Assembly: GCA_003241385.1 (NCBI GenBank)
Contig: QFPO01000008.1
Location: 98,759 to 162,758, forward strand
Direction of reading: 5' to 3'
Length of the DNA: 64,000 nucleotides
DNA from: Rhodanobacter denitrificans
GTDB taxonomy: Bacteria; Pseudomonadota; Gammaproteobacteria; Xanthomonadales; Rhodanobacteraceae
Position numbers and translations under genes: made by a program. Positions within the stretch are counted from its first letter, which is position 1. Every line of letters starts with the position of its first letter. Shown here piece by piece: positions 23,423 to 32,111 of the stretch. The notes below the pieces were generated by a model, which ran no database searches, had not been told where the DNA came from, and saw only the letters and a list, made by a program, of their open reading frames with translations.

Positions 23423-23509
23423 GCGCGCTGCGCGCGGCGGCGACTGCCTTCGGCTCGGCTTAAGCCAGGTTCGGCTACGGTCGCAGCACCGTCGCTGCGA
23501 GATCCCGCC

Positions 23510-24826
23510 ATGAGCCGAGCCGGCCTGTGTGCTTTTTCGCTTGCATTCGCGAGTACGGCCTTCGCCGAAGGCCTGCACGATCCGAACGTCCGCCTGGCCC
23601 AGGTCCGGACCGACTACACGGCGCTCGACGAGGGCACCGCGGCCAATCCGCTGACGATCGTGCACCCGTGCCTGTGGCCGGACGGCACGCCGGGCCTGCT
23701 GGTGCCGTGCTTCACCGGGCCGGACGTGTTCCCGAGCAGCAATGCCTACCGCTTCCCCGGTCTCGCACCGGTCTCGCCGCAGCACTGGCTGCTGCTGCTC
23801 AACAACGAGCCCTGGATCGCGCCCGGCAATTCCGGCCCGCCGGACCAGTCGCTGCCACGCACGCTGCCGGGTACCGGCGTCATGGGCTTCGCGGCCTCGC
23901 CGGCGCTGAGCCTGGCCGACGGCCTGTACTGGCGCTTCCATCTCGCGCTGAGCCATCTGCACGACAATCCGGCCGGCCCGTACGCGATCCCGTTCCTGTC
24001 GATCGGCGCGGCCGCCGCGCGCGGCAACGGCGGGCCGGTCGGCGCGCTGAACGATCCGGAGCGTCCGCACGTCGTGCGCTTCCGCTCGCGCCTCGACGCG
24101 GTATTCGGCTCGACACCCGATCAGCTGTGGACGCTCAGCCACTTCCTCTGGACCACCGCCGAATGGGGCGGCAAGCCGCGCATGGCGTTCGTGCACCTGT
24201 ATCACGCCGGCTACCTGCACGACGGCACGCCGTTCGAGTTCTCGACGCCGACGAATCCTGGCGGCGTCAGCCGCTGGAACTGGCCGATCGCCGAATCGGC
24301 GCTGTTCCCGGGCGCCGAAGTCGCGTTCATCGATGCCGAGGACACGCAAGTTCACTGCGGCTTCGAGACGCCGGCGCTGACCGCGCCCGGCCAGACGATC
24401 GAGGCCGAGATCGATCTGCAGGCCCTGTACCGCTGCCTGAGCGACCTCGGCTTCTACGACGAGCCGATGCCCGAGCAGGACCTGATCCCGATCACCGGCG
24501 TGCACTGGGCCAACGAACTGACCGGCGAGCGCGTCGCGATCGCGGCCACGGTCTGGGGCATCGACGTCGTCGGCGCCGCGGATGCCGCCAAGCAGGAGGG
24601 TCCGGACTTCAGCCAGGTCCGTCCGGGCGCCGAAACCGCGCAGATCGTCGCCGAGCTCGAGAGGGCCTGCGCTGCCGATCTGGTCTGCAGCAGCCAGCGT
24701 GCGCTGGCGGCGGACATGCCGCAGACGAAGTCCGAACGCGGCGTCGAGCCCACGACGCGGCAGGCCCGACCGGAATACACCACGTTCCGTTCGCGCCCGG
24801 TCGTGCCGCTGCGCAATCGCCGATGA
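23510..24826 (+). CDS. Hypothetical secreted protein
   Basis: Signal peptide ...LAFASTAFA; complex Trp/His/Pro-rich sequence with natural composition. Confidence 0.75.
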   Translation: MSRAGLCAFSLAFASTAFAEGLHDPNVRLAQVRTDYTALDEGTAANPLTIVHPCLWPDGTPGLLVPCFTGPDVFPSSNAYRFPGLAPVSPQHWLLLLNNEPWIAPGNSGPPDQSLPRTLPGTGVMGFAASPALSLADGLYWRFHLALSHLHDNPAGPYAIPFLSIGAAAARGNGGPVGALNDPERPHVVRFRSRLDAVFGSTPDQLWTLSHFLWTTAEWGGKPRMAFVHLYHAGYLHDGTPFEFSTPTNPGGVSRWNWPIAESALFPGAEVAFIDAEDTQVHCGFETPALTAPGQTIEAEIDLQALYRCLSDLGFYDEPMPEQDLIPITGVHWANELTGERVAIAATVWGIDVVGAADAAKQEGPDFSQVRPGAETAQIVAELERACAADLVCSSQRALAADMPQTKSERGVEPTTRQARPEYTTFRSRPVVPLRNRR

Positions 24827-24977
24827 ACGCCGCGCCACGGCCGGCGCGCTGTTCACGGCCCAGCCCGATGGGCACAGGCACAGTCTTCGGCAAGCAGGCT
24901 CACGCGCGAGGCCTCCGATCAGGCCCGACGGATGCGCGGTGAGCCGACTGCTTTGACGCCGCCACCGGAGAGACGCC

Positions 24978-25979
24978 ATGTCCCCCTCTCGTTCCGCCTC
25001 GCGCAGCCGCGCCACCGCCGCCGAACAGCGCCGCATCCAGAACAAGGCCGATGCCCGCAAACCGGCCGCCGCCAAGAAGGCCGCCAAGAAGAGTGCCGCG
25101 AAGTCCGCGCCAGTGCAGGCCGGTCCGCGCCGCCAGCCGGCCAATCCGCTGCCGGAACAGCATCTGCGCAAGCCCGGCCTGGAGGCGGAGCTGTCGCCTT
25201 CGCCGCGCTTCGACGCGCCGGACTATCGCGGCAGCGGCAAGCTCGAAGGCCGCGTCGCGCTGATCACCGGCGGCGACTCGGGGATAGGCCGCGCCGTCGC
25301 CGTGCTGTTCGCGCGCGAAGGCGCCGACGTCGCGATCGCGTATCTGTGCGAGGACGCCGACGCCGACGCGACCGCGGCCAGCGTCGAACGCGAGGGACGC
25401 CGCTGTCTGCGCCTGCGCGGCGACGTCACCGAGATGTCGTTCTGCGAGGAGGCCGTGCAGCGTACGCTCGAGGCGTTCGGCCGGCTCGACGTTCTCGTCA
25501 ACAACGCCGCGTTCCAGCAGCATGCCGAGTCGATCGAGGCGCTCAGCCTCGAGCATTTCGACCTGACCGTCCGCACCAATCTCTACGGCTACTTCCAGAT
25601 GGCCAAGGCGGCGCTGCCGCATCTGCCCAAGGGCGGCTCGATCATCAACACCGGCTCGGTGACCGGGATCGCCGGCAGCGGCCAGCTGCTCGACTATTCG
25701 GCGACCAAGGGCGCGATCCACGCGCTGACCAAGTCGCTGGCCAGCAACGTGATCGACCGCGGCATCCGCGTCAACGCGGTCGCACCGGGGCCGGTCTGGA
25801 CGCCGCTCAATCCGGCCGACCGGCCGGCCGAGGAGGTCGCCAAGTTCGGCCAGGACACCGACATGCACCGTCCGGCGCAGCCGGAGGAGATCGCACCGGC
25901 CTACGTGTTCCTGGCCGCGCCGGTGTGCTCGAGCTACATCACCGGCATCGTGCTGCCGATCACCGGCAGCGTCGGCTGA
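24978..25979 (+). CDS. SDR oxidoreductase, general-stress YghA/YdaD-like
   Basis: YRGSGKL, TGGDSGIG, NNAA, YSATK, NAVAPGPVWT; GGAGA RBS. Confidence 0.92.
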   Translation: MSPSRSASRSRATAAEQRRIQNKADARKPAAAKKAAKKSAAKSAPVQAGPRRQPANPLPEQHLRKPGLEAELSPSPRFDAPDYRGSGKLEGRVALITGGDSGIGRAVAVLFAREGADVAIAYLCEDADADATAASVEREGRRCLRLRGDVTEMSFCEEAVQRTLEAFGRLDVLVNNAAFQQHAESIEALSLEHFDLTVRTNLYGYFQMAKAALPHLPKGGSIINTGSVTGIAGSGQLLDYSATKGAIHALTKSLASNVIDRGIRVNAVAPGPVWTPLNPADRPAEEVAKFGQDTDMHRPAQPEEIAPAYVFLAAPVCSSYITGIVLPITGSVG

Positions 25980-26013
25980 GCATGGCGGTCCGCGCTCGCG
26001 CGCGAGCGCAGGC

Positions 26014-26286
26014 TCATTCGGACGTGGTCGGATCGATCACGCTGCGCACGCGCGCGACGCTGTTGGCCGGAAAGCCGCCGCGGGCGGCGTGCTCGCGCAC
26101 CGTCGCCTCGTCCGGCGCGATGTAGATGCAGTAGATCTTGTCGTCGGTCACGTAGCTCTGCAGCCACTGGATCTGCGGCCCCATCTCGCCGAGCACGCCG
26201 CAGGACTTCTGCGAGATCGCCTGCAGGTCCTGGGCCGACAGCTGGCCGGCGCCGGGCAGTTCGCGTTCGATGACGAATTTGGGCAT
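26014..26286 (-). CDS. DUF4242 family small protein
   Basis: MPKFVIERE...IQWLQSYVTDDKIYCIYIAPDE..VREHA..GGFPAN pattern. Confidence 0.85.
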   Translation of the reverse strand: MPKFVIERELPGAGQLSAQDLQAISQKSCGVLGEMGPQIQWLQSYVTDDKIYCIYIAPDEATVREHAARGGFPANSVARVRSVIDPTTSE

Positions 26287-26428
26287 GACCGTTCCTCGTG
26301 TGGGTGCGGCATTGTGCGCCCGCCGCCCGGATCAGTGCTCGCCGCACGGCAGCATACGCACACGGTTCCGATCGCCCGGCCGCGCGGCGCGGCCGACCGT
26401 CCGGGGCCGTCGCGACGCAGCCGGCCGC

Positions 26429-27547
26429 TCAGGCCTCCAGTTCGACGCGGCGCCCGGCCTGCGCGGTCCGCGCGACGACGCGGTCGCGCCCCTGCGCCTT
26501 GGCCGCGTACAGCGCGCGATCGGCGACCGCGATCAGGCTGCTCGGCGACGCGGCCGCCTGCGGCCGGATCGCGGCGGCGCCGACACTGACGGTCAGGCAC
26601 GGCGCGACCGGCGAGGCCGGATGCACCAGGCCGCGCGAGCGGACCTGGCGACAGAGCCGATCGCCGAACCGGCGCGCCTCGACTGCGTCGGCGCCGGGCA
26701 GCACGATCGCGAACTCCTCGCCGCCGTAACGCGCGACCAGGGCCCCGGTGCCGGCGAAGACCTCGCCGCACAGACGCGCGAGTTCGCGCAGGCATTCGTC
26801 GCCGTAGAGGTGGCCGCAGGCGTCGTTGAGCCGCTTGAAGCAGTCGACGTCGACCAGCAGCAGCGCCAGCCAGTGCCGCTCGCGCGCGTGCCGGCGCCAG
26901 GTCTCGTCGAGATGCTCGTCGAAACAGCGGCGGTTGGCGATGCCGGTCAGGCCGTCGCTCATCGACAACTGCTGCAGCTTGCGATTGGCCTGCTCGAGTT
27001 CGAGCACGACGCGCGCCAGATGGATCGTGCCGGCGATCTGCGCGGCGACCGCATCGAACATGCGGCGCACGTCGGCCGTGAAGAAGCCGGCCTGCGTGCT
27101 CTCGAGATTGAGCACGCCGTGCAGACGATCGCGATGCCGGATCGGCACCAGGTATTCGGAGCGTACGTCGCGATGGCCCGGCACGTAGTCCGGATCGCGC
27201 TGCACGTCGGCGATCAGCTGGGCACGGCCGCTGCGCGCGCAGCGCCCGGCGGCGCCGACCGACACCGGCCACGGCAGCGCGCCCGGCGGCGCGAGGTCGA
27301 TACGGCCGGCCCAGACCTCCTGCACGAAATGGCCGCCGTCGCCGTCGAGCAGGATGATGCTGGCGATCGCGACCGGCAGCCGCGCGGCGAGGCAGTCGAC
27401 GATGCGCTGCAGGATCGCCGGCAGGTCCTCGCCCTGCGCGGCCTCGCCGGACACCTGCGCGAGAATCTCGGCGAACACGCCGCCGCGCGCCGCGGCCGCA
27501 TGGCCGACGCGTCGGACCCGGCCCGTGCCGCGATCGCCTCCGCTCAT
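26429..27547 (-). CDS. GAF-domain diguanylate cyclase
   Basis: GAF (ADVQRDPDY..SEYLVPI..GVLNLES), DGLTGIANRR, DVDCFKRLND, RYGGEEF. Start uncertain. Confidence 0.92.
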   Translation of the reverse strand: MSGGDRGTGRVRRVGHAAAARGGVFAEILAQVSGEAAQGEDLPAILQRIVDCLAARLPVAIASIILLDGDGGHFVQEVWAGRIDLAPPGALPWPVSVGAAGRCARSGRAQLIADVQRDPDYVPGHRDVRSEYLVPIRHRDRLHGVLNLESTQAGFFTADVRRMFDAVAAQIAGTIHLARVVLELEQANRKLQQLSMSDGLTGIANRRCFDEHLDETWRRHARERHWLALLLVDVDCFKRLNDACGHLYGDECLRELARLCGEVFAGTGALVARYGGEEFAIVLPGADAVEARRFGDRLCRQVRSRGLVHPASPVAPCLTVSVGAAAIRPQAAASPSSLIAVADRALYAAKAQGRDRVVARTAQAGRRVELEA

Positions 27548-27711
27548 GCTCTCCTCAGCGCACCGCGTTCCGTTCAGGTCACGCCAGTCTACGACGCATG
27601 CACGCCGACGGATCGTCGGCGCATTGCAGAAAACGGCGCGCGATTGCGTATTCGATCCGGTAGGCCGCCGGCGCCGCCGCGCTGCCCAAGACCCGTCCAG
27701 GAGGATCGACC

Positions 27712-28836
27712 ATGCATGCCATCAATCGGGCAACCGCTCTCGCGGCCTGTGCCATCGCGTTCGCGGCACCGACGGCCGGCAGAGCCGACGTCTACTGCGT
27801 CGCTACGGCAAGCGAACTGCACCAGGCGCTGGCCGCGGCGGCGGCGTCCGCCGCCGACGACCAGATCCGCCTGCGTGCCGGCACCTACGCCGCGACGCAG
27901 ACCTTCACCTATCCGGCGGCGACGTCCGGCTGGCTCGAGCTCAGCGGCGGCTGGATCGACGAGAACGACGTGCCGTGCGCGCGCACGTCGCAGCGCGCCG
28001 GCGACACCGTGCTCGACGGCCTCAGCGAGCATCAGGTGTTCAATCTGTCCTACACCCCCGCGACGCCGGCGGCGACGGCGCCGCGCTTCGCGCTGTCGCA
28101 TCTGAGCGTGCGCAACGGCGTCGGCGCCGGCTTCACGCGCGGCGGCGGGCTGGCGCTGCAGTCCAACGCCGAAGGACCCGCCGAGATCTGGCTCGACAAC
28201 GTCGCGGTGACCGGCAGCCGCGGCTATTTCGGCGGCGGCGCGCACCTGTATCTGAAGAAAGGGCTGCTGCGGATCGCCAACACGCTGTTCGCGAACAACG
28301 AAGCACCCGAGTCGGCCTACGGCCACGCCGCGATCACCGTGCTCGGCGGCGAGACCGCGTACTCGGTGACGATCGTCAACAGCACCTTCGTCGGCGGCCG
28401 CTGCGCAGGCCAGGGCACGCGCGGCTGCGGCATCGGCGCCGGCCTCGGCGCGGGCGCACACATGGCCGTCGTCAACAGCCTCTTCGACGACAACGCGCTG
28501 TCGGACGTGTCGATGGAAGGCCTCGCCGTGATCGGGCTCGGCAACGGCAGCGTCGCCTACGATCACAGCCGCGTCCCGGTCAGCAGCGGCACGTTTGCGC
28601 CGACGATCTCCGCGCCGCTCGAGGACGAGCCGCACTTCGTCGGCGCCTCGGACTTCCGTCTCGCCGACGACTCGCCGCTGCTCGACCGCGGACTCGGCAC
28701 GGTGCCGATCGTTCCGCTCGGCGGCGCCGACCTCGACGGCCGGCCGCGGCTGCGCTACGCGGCGCTCGATCCCGGCGCGTACGAGAACCAGACCTGGGAC
28801 ACGCTGCTGACCGAGGATTTCGAGGCGCAGGACTGA
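27712..28836 (+). CDS. Secreted beta-helix protein, choice-of-anchor-Q-like, C-terminal DTLLTEDFE tag
   Basis: GGAGG RBS; signal peptide; YCVATASELHQAL..DQIRLRAGTY; GGG repeats; DFRLADDSPLLDRG...DLDGRPR...DPGAYE. Confidence 0.82.
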   Translation: MHAINRATALAACAIAFAAPTAGRADVYCVATASELHQALAAAAASAADDQIRLRAGTYAATQTFTYPAATSGWLELSGGWIDENDVPCARTSQRAGDTVLDGLSEHQVFNLSYTPATPAATAPRFALSHLSVRNGVGAGFTRGGGLALQSNAEGPAEIWLDNVAVTGSRGYFGGGAHLYLKKGLLRIANTLFANNEAPESAYGHAAITVLGGETAYSVTIVNSTFVGGRCAGQGTRGCGIGAGLGAGAHMAVVNSLFDDNALSDVSMEGLAVIGLGNGSVAYDHSRVPVSSGTFAPTISAPLEDEPHFVGASDFRLADDSPLLDRGLGTVPIVPLGGADLDGRPRLRYAALDPGAYENQTWDTLLTEDFEAQD

Positions 28837-28955
28837 CGACTGGGCCGACGCCGCCGGTCGATGCCGGCGCTGCACGGGACCACCCGCTCCCGCCGCCGCG
28901 ATGTCCCGGTCGAGGGCCGCACTGCGTATCCGAAGCATCACGCCAGGAGATGCTC

Positions 28956-29471
28956 ATGACCGCCGCCCGCCTCGCTCCGCTGTTCGCCCTCGTCACGCTC
29001 GGGGCCGCCGCGGCCGTGTCCGCCGATACGCCGCAGCAGCTCAGCGCGCGCGTCGGCGACGCCGCCTTCGTCAGCGACGACGAGGGCATCACGCTGATCC
29101 CGATCGGTACGAGCTTCACGCTGACCGCCTCAACCGCCGGCGCCAGCGCCTATCCGCCGCCGAAGACGCGCATCGACCGGCTGTCGATCGTCTGCGACGG
29201 CTTCACGCCCGGCGCGCCGTTCCGTCTCGACGCGGCCGCGTTCTCGCGCAGCACCTGCGAGGTCCGCTACGTCTACGGCACGCGCGGATTCGGCGAAGCG
29301 CCCGAGGCCGAGTACCAGCTCGATACGTCCAGCGCCGACCAGCTGTTCGAGGTCACCGCGGCGCGCGGCAAGGTCGTCGAGGGCCGCTTCCGCTTCCAGC
29401 TGCGCGACGAGGCCGGCCGGCGCCTGCCGGTGGTCGACGGCCGCTTCGTCGCCGAGGACCGGCAGTACTGA
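28956..29471 (+). CDS. Hypothetical secreted protein
   Basis: AGGAG RBS; signal peptide MTAARLAPLFALVTLGAAAAVSA; beta-rich mature part (C-terminus of ORF 27354..29471). Confidence 0.75.
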   Translation: MTAARLAPLFALVTLGAAAAVSADTPQQLSARVGDAAFVSDDEGITLIPIGTSFTLTASTAGASAYPPPKTRIDRLSIVCDGFTPGAPFRLDAAAFSRSTCEVRYVYGTRGFGEAPEAEYQLDTSSADQLFEVTAARGKVVEGRFRFQLRDEAGRRLPVVDGRFVAEDRQY

Positions 29472-29556
29472 GCGCAGCGGACCCGCGCAACCGCGCGCGG
29501 CGGCCGCGTATCCCCGTCTGCGCCGCGATCCGCGGCGTGACGGCGAGGTGGCTCCG

Positions 29557-30675
29557 ATGCAGACACGTGACCGATCCCTGCCCGCATCGCCGGCACGGCG
29601 CCGCCTGATCGGACTGGCCGCGGCGGCACCGGCGGCAATCGCGTTCGGCGCCGCCGCGGCGACCGAGCGCGACGGCGACCCGATCGCCGCCCTGGCCGCC
29701 GAAAGCGACTTCAGCGGCTCGATCCTGGTCCGCAGCCGCGGCGAGGTCGTCTATGCGCGCAGCTTCGGTCTGGCCAGCCGCGCATTCGCGGTCGCCAACA
29801 CGCTGCGCACGCGCCATCCGATCGCCTCGATCACCAAGACGTTCACGGCGACGCTGATCCTCGATCTGTACGAGCGCGGCCAGCTCGACCTGCAGCGGCC
29901 GGTCGTCGCCTACCTGCCGGAGTTCCGCCGCGAAGGTACCGCCGCGATCAGCGCGCACCATCTGCTGAACCACACCGCCGGCCTGCCGAATTTCGACGCC
30001 GGCAACAGCCTCGAGCGCGCGCTCAGCGAAGGCCTGCCGGCCTACCAGCGGCCGATGACGCGCGCGCAGCTGTTCGAGCGCGCCTGCAGCGGCGCGCCGG
30101 TCGCGCCGCCGGGCACGGCCTTCGACTACAACAACGCCGACTACATCGTGCTCGGCGCCTTGATCGAGCATCTGCACGGCCGGCCGTTCGAGGCCGTGCT
30201 GGCGAGCCGCATCCTCGACCCGCTCGGCCTCGCCGACACCGGTCTGCTGCGCCAGTCCGACGTGATCGACCGGCTCGCGACCGGCTATTTCTATCGCGAC
30301 GACCTCGCCGCCTACGTCAACGACCTGCCGGCCTATCCGGAGAACTGGTATGCCGCCGGCGCGATGTATTCGACGGTCGGCGACCTGCTCGGTTTCGCCG
30401 ACGCCCTGTTCGGCGGCCGCGTGATCGGCAGGCCGGCGCTGGCGCTGATGCTCGCGCCGGGCCTGGACGACTACGGCTACGGTCTGTGGTCGTACACGAT
30501 CAAGGTCGGCCAGCGCCGTGCGCGCGTCGCCAAGCGGCCGGGCCGGATCATGGGCGCCCAGGGCCAGCTGTTCCGGATGCTCGACGACGACGTCACCGTG
30601 GTGCTGCTCAGCAATGCGGCCCGCGGCGACCTGGACGCGCTGGTCGCGCGGATCGGCCGCCTCTACGCGGCCTGA
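29557..30675 (+). CDS. Serine hydrolase, beta-lactamase class C-like family, Tat-type signal
   Basis: SPARRRLIGL twin-Arg signal; ASITK (SxxK), LLNHTAG, FDYNN (YxN), AAGAMYST. Confidence 0.9.
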   Translation: MQTRDRSLPASPARRRLIGLAAAAPAAIAFGAAAATERDGDPIAALAAESDFSGSILVRSRGEVVYARSFGLASRAFAVANTLRTRHPIASITKTFTATLILDLYERGQLDLQRPVVAYLPEFRREGTAAISAHHLLNHTAGLPNFDAGNSLERALSEGLPAYQRPMTRAQLFERACSGAPVAPPGTAFDYNNADYIVLGALIEHLHGRPFEAVLASRILDPLGLADTGLLRQSDVIDRLATGYFYRDDLAAYVNDLPAYPENWYAAGAMYSTVGDLLGFADALFGGRVIGRPALALMLAPGLDDYGYGLWSYTIKVGQRRARVAKRPGRIMGAQGQLFRMLDDDVTVVLLSNAARGDLDALVARIGRLYAA

Positions 30676-30775
30676 GCGGTCGCCTCGGGCGGCGCCCGCC
30701 GCGCCGGCGGAACTGCGTCACACTTTGCCAGGCGAGCGGCGGTCTAGCATGATCGCCGCACAGGAGAGGACAGGC

Positions 30776-31279
30776 ATGCTCGACACCGCCGTACCGGTCA
30801 AAACCGCCAGTGGCCGCAGCGAGATCGCCGATCGCCGGCATGCGCTCGGCTCGCGGCAGCGCATGCTGCTGATCGCGATCAACGGCGAGCAGACCGTGCG
30901 CGAGATCCGCGAGCGCTTCCACTCGCTCGGCGACGTCGACGTGCTGCTGACCGAACTGGCGATGGCCGAGCTGATCGACATCGGCGGCGCGATCACGGCG
31001 CCCGCGGCAACGGCACCCGGCGAGGCCGGCGTCGCGGCACCGGCCGTGAACGAAACCGGATCGCCGATCGCGCAGGCGCGCCAGTTCATCAACGACAGCG
31101 TGGTCGCCCATCTGGGCCTGCGCGCGTTTCTGTTCACGCTGAAGGTCGAGCGCTGCTATTCCAGGGACGCCCTGCTCGACCTGCTGCCCGAGTACCGCCG
31201 CGTGCTCGGCAAGGCGGCGGCACCAGCCGAGGTCACCGCGCTCAGTCAGCGGGCCGAACTGCTGATCGCGCGCATCTGA
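30776..31279 (+). CDS. Hypothetical protein (KT.SGR.EI..RRH.L..RQRMLLI.ING type)
   Basis: AGGAGAGGA RBS; winged-helix-like N-terminus, Ala/Pro linker, helical C-terminus. Confidence 0.75.
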   Translation: MLDTAVPVKTASGRSEIADRRHALGSRQRMLLIAINGEQTVREIRERFHSLGDVDVLLTELAMAELIDIGGAITAPAATAPGEAGVAAPAVNETGSPIAQARQFINDSVVAHLGLRAFLFTLKVERCYSRDALLDLLPEYRRVLGKAAAPAEVTALSQRAELLIARI

Positions 31280-31300
31280 GCGGACGCGGCGGCCCGGCGC

Positions 31301-31909
31301 TCATTCCGGCCCGGACCCGAAGAACATCAGATAGACCAGCCGGCCGTTCTCGAGCGAGTCGCCGAACGCCGGCCCGGCCGTGTGCCAGAGCCACGGCCGC
31401 AGCAGCACCAGGCGGTTGAAGCGCATCGGCACCTGCTGGGTCAGCTCCCACTGGCTGTCGTCCATGCCGTCGCGCTCGATGATGTCGCGGTGCATCGCGT
31501 CGATCGACGGATAGCCCATCGCGGCGAGCTCGGCGGCGTTGATCGGGCCGCGGTCGGTGCCGGTGCGGCGATGCCGGAAGAACTCGGTGCCGCCATGGCA
31601 GTCCTCGGGCCGGCTGAGGTAGAGGATGCCGGACCAGTAGGCCTTGTCGATGTGGACCTTGGCGCGGCCCTGGTCGGCGGCCAGGCTGATCCGGCACTTG
31701 GCGTGCGACTGCAGCGGCGAGATCGGCCGCACCGGTTCGCCGACCAGGCGAGAGACTTGCTGGGACAGGCCCGGCAGCGTGATCCGCTCGAGCGAGTTGC
31801 GGCCCGGAAACGCGCCGTCCTGCTCGGGATAGGTCAGTTTGAGGGCGGCCTCGCGCAGTTGCGCGGCCCCGTCGAGGAAATCGTCGACGACGATCAGGGT
31901 GGTGTGCAT
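31301..31909 (-). CDS. DUF6445-like putative 2OG-Fe(II) oxygenase
   Basis: LIVVDDF, FPGRNS, VHID, WSGILYL, GGTEFF, RFNRLVL..WH..RL. Confidence 0.75.
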   Translation of the reverse strand: MHTTLIVVDDFLDGAAQLREAALKLTYPEQDGAFPGRNSLERITLPGLSQQVSRLVGEPVRPISPLQSHAKCRISLAADQGRAKVHIDKAYWSGILYLSRPEDCHGGTEFFRHRRTGTDRGPINAAELAAMGYPSIDAMHRDIIERDGMDDSQWELTQQVPMRFNRLVLLRPWLWHTAGPAFGDSLENGRLVYLMFFGSGPE

Positions 31910-32111
31910 GGGCGCGCAGTCTAGACGTTTCCGGGGCGCCGCGAAGACGGCGCGCCGGGCGGACACGACGATCCCGAAACCGTTCGCTCGCGTACGCCGG
32001 ACCGTCCGCTCGCGGACGCCTGCGCCCCGCGTACCGGCGTTCCGGGCCGGCCGCGGCCATGGCATGGTGCTTGCTCCCTTCTCTTCATCCCGACCAGTCC
32101 GGAGCCGAGCT

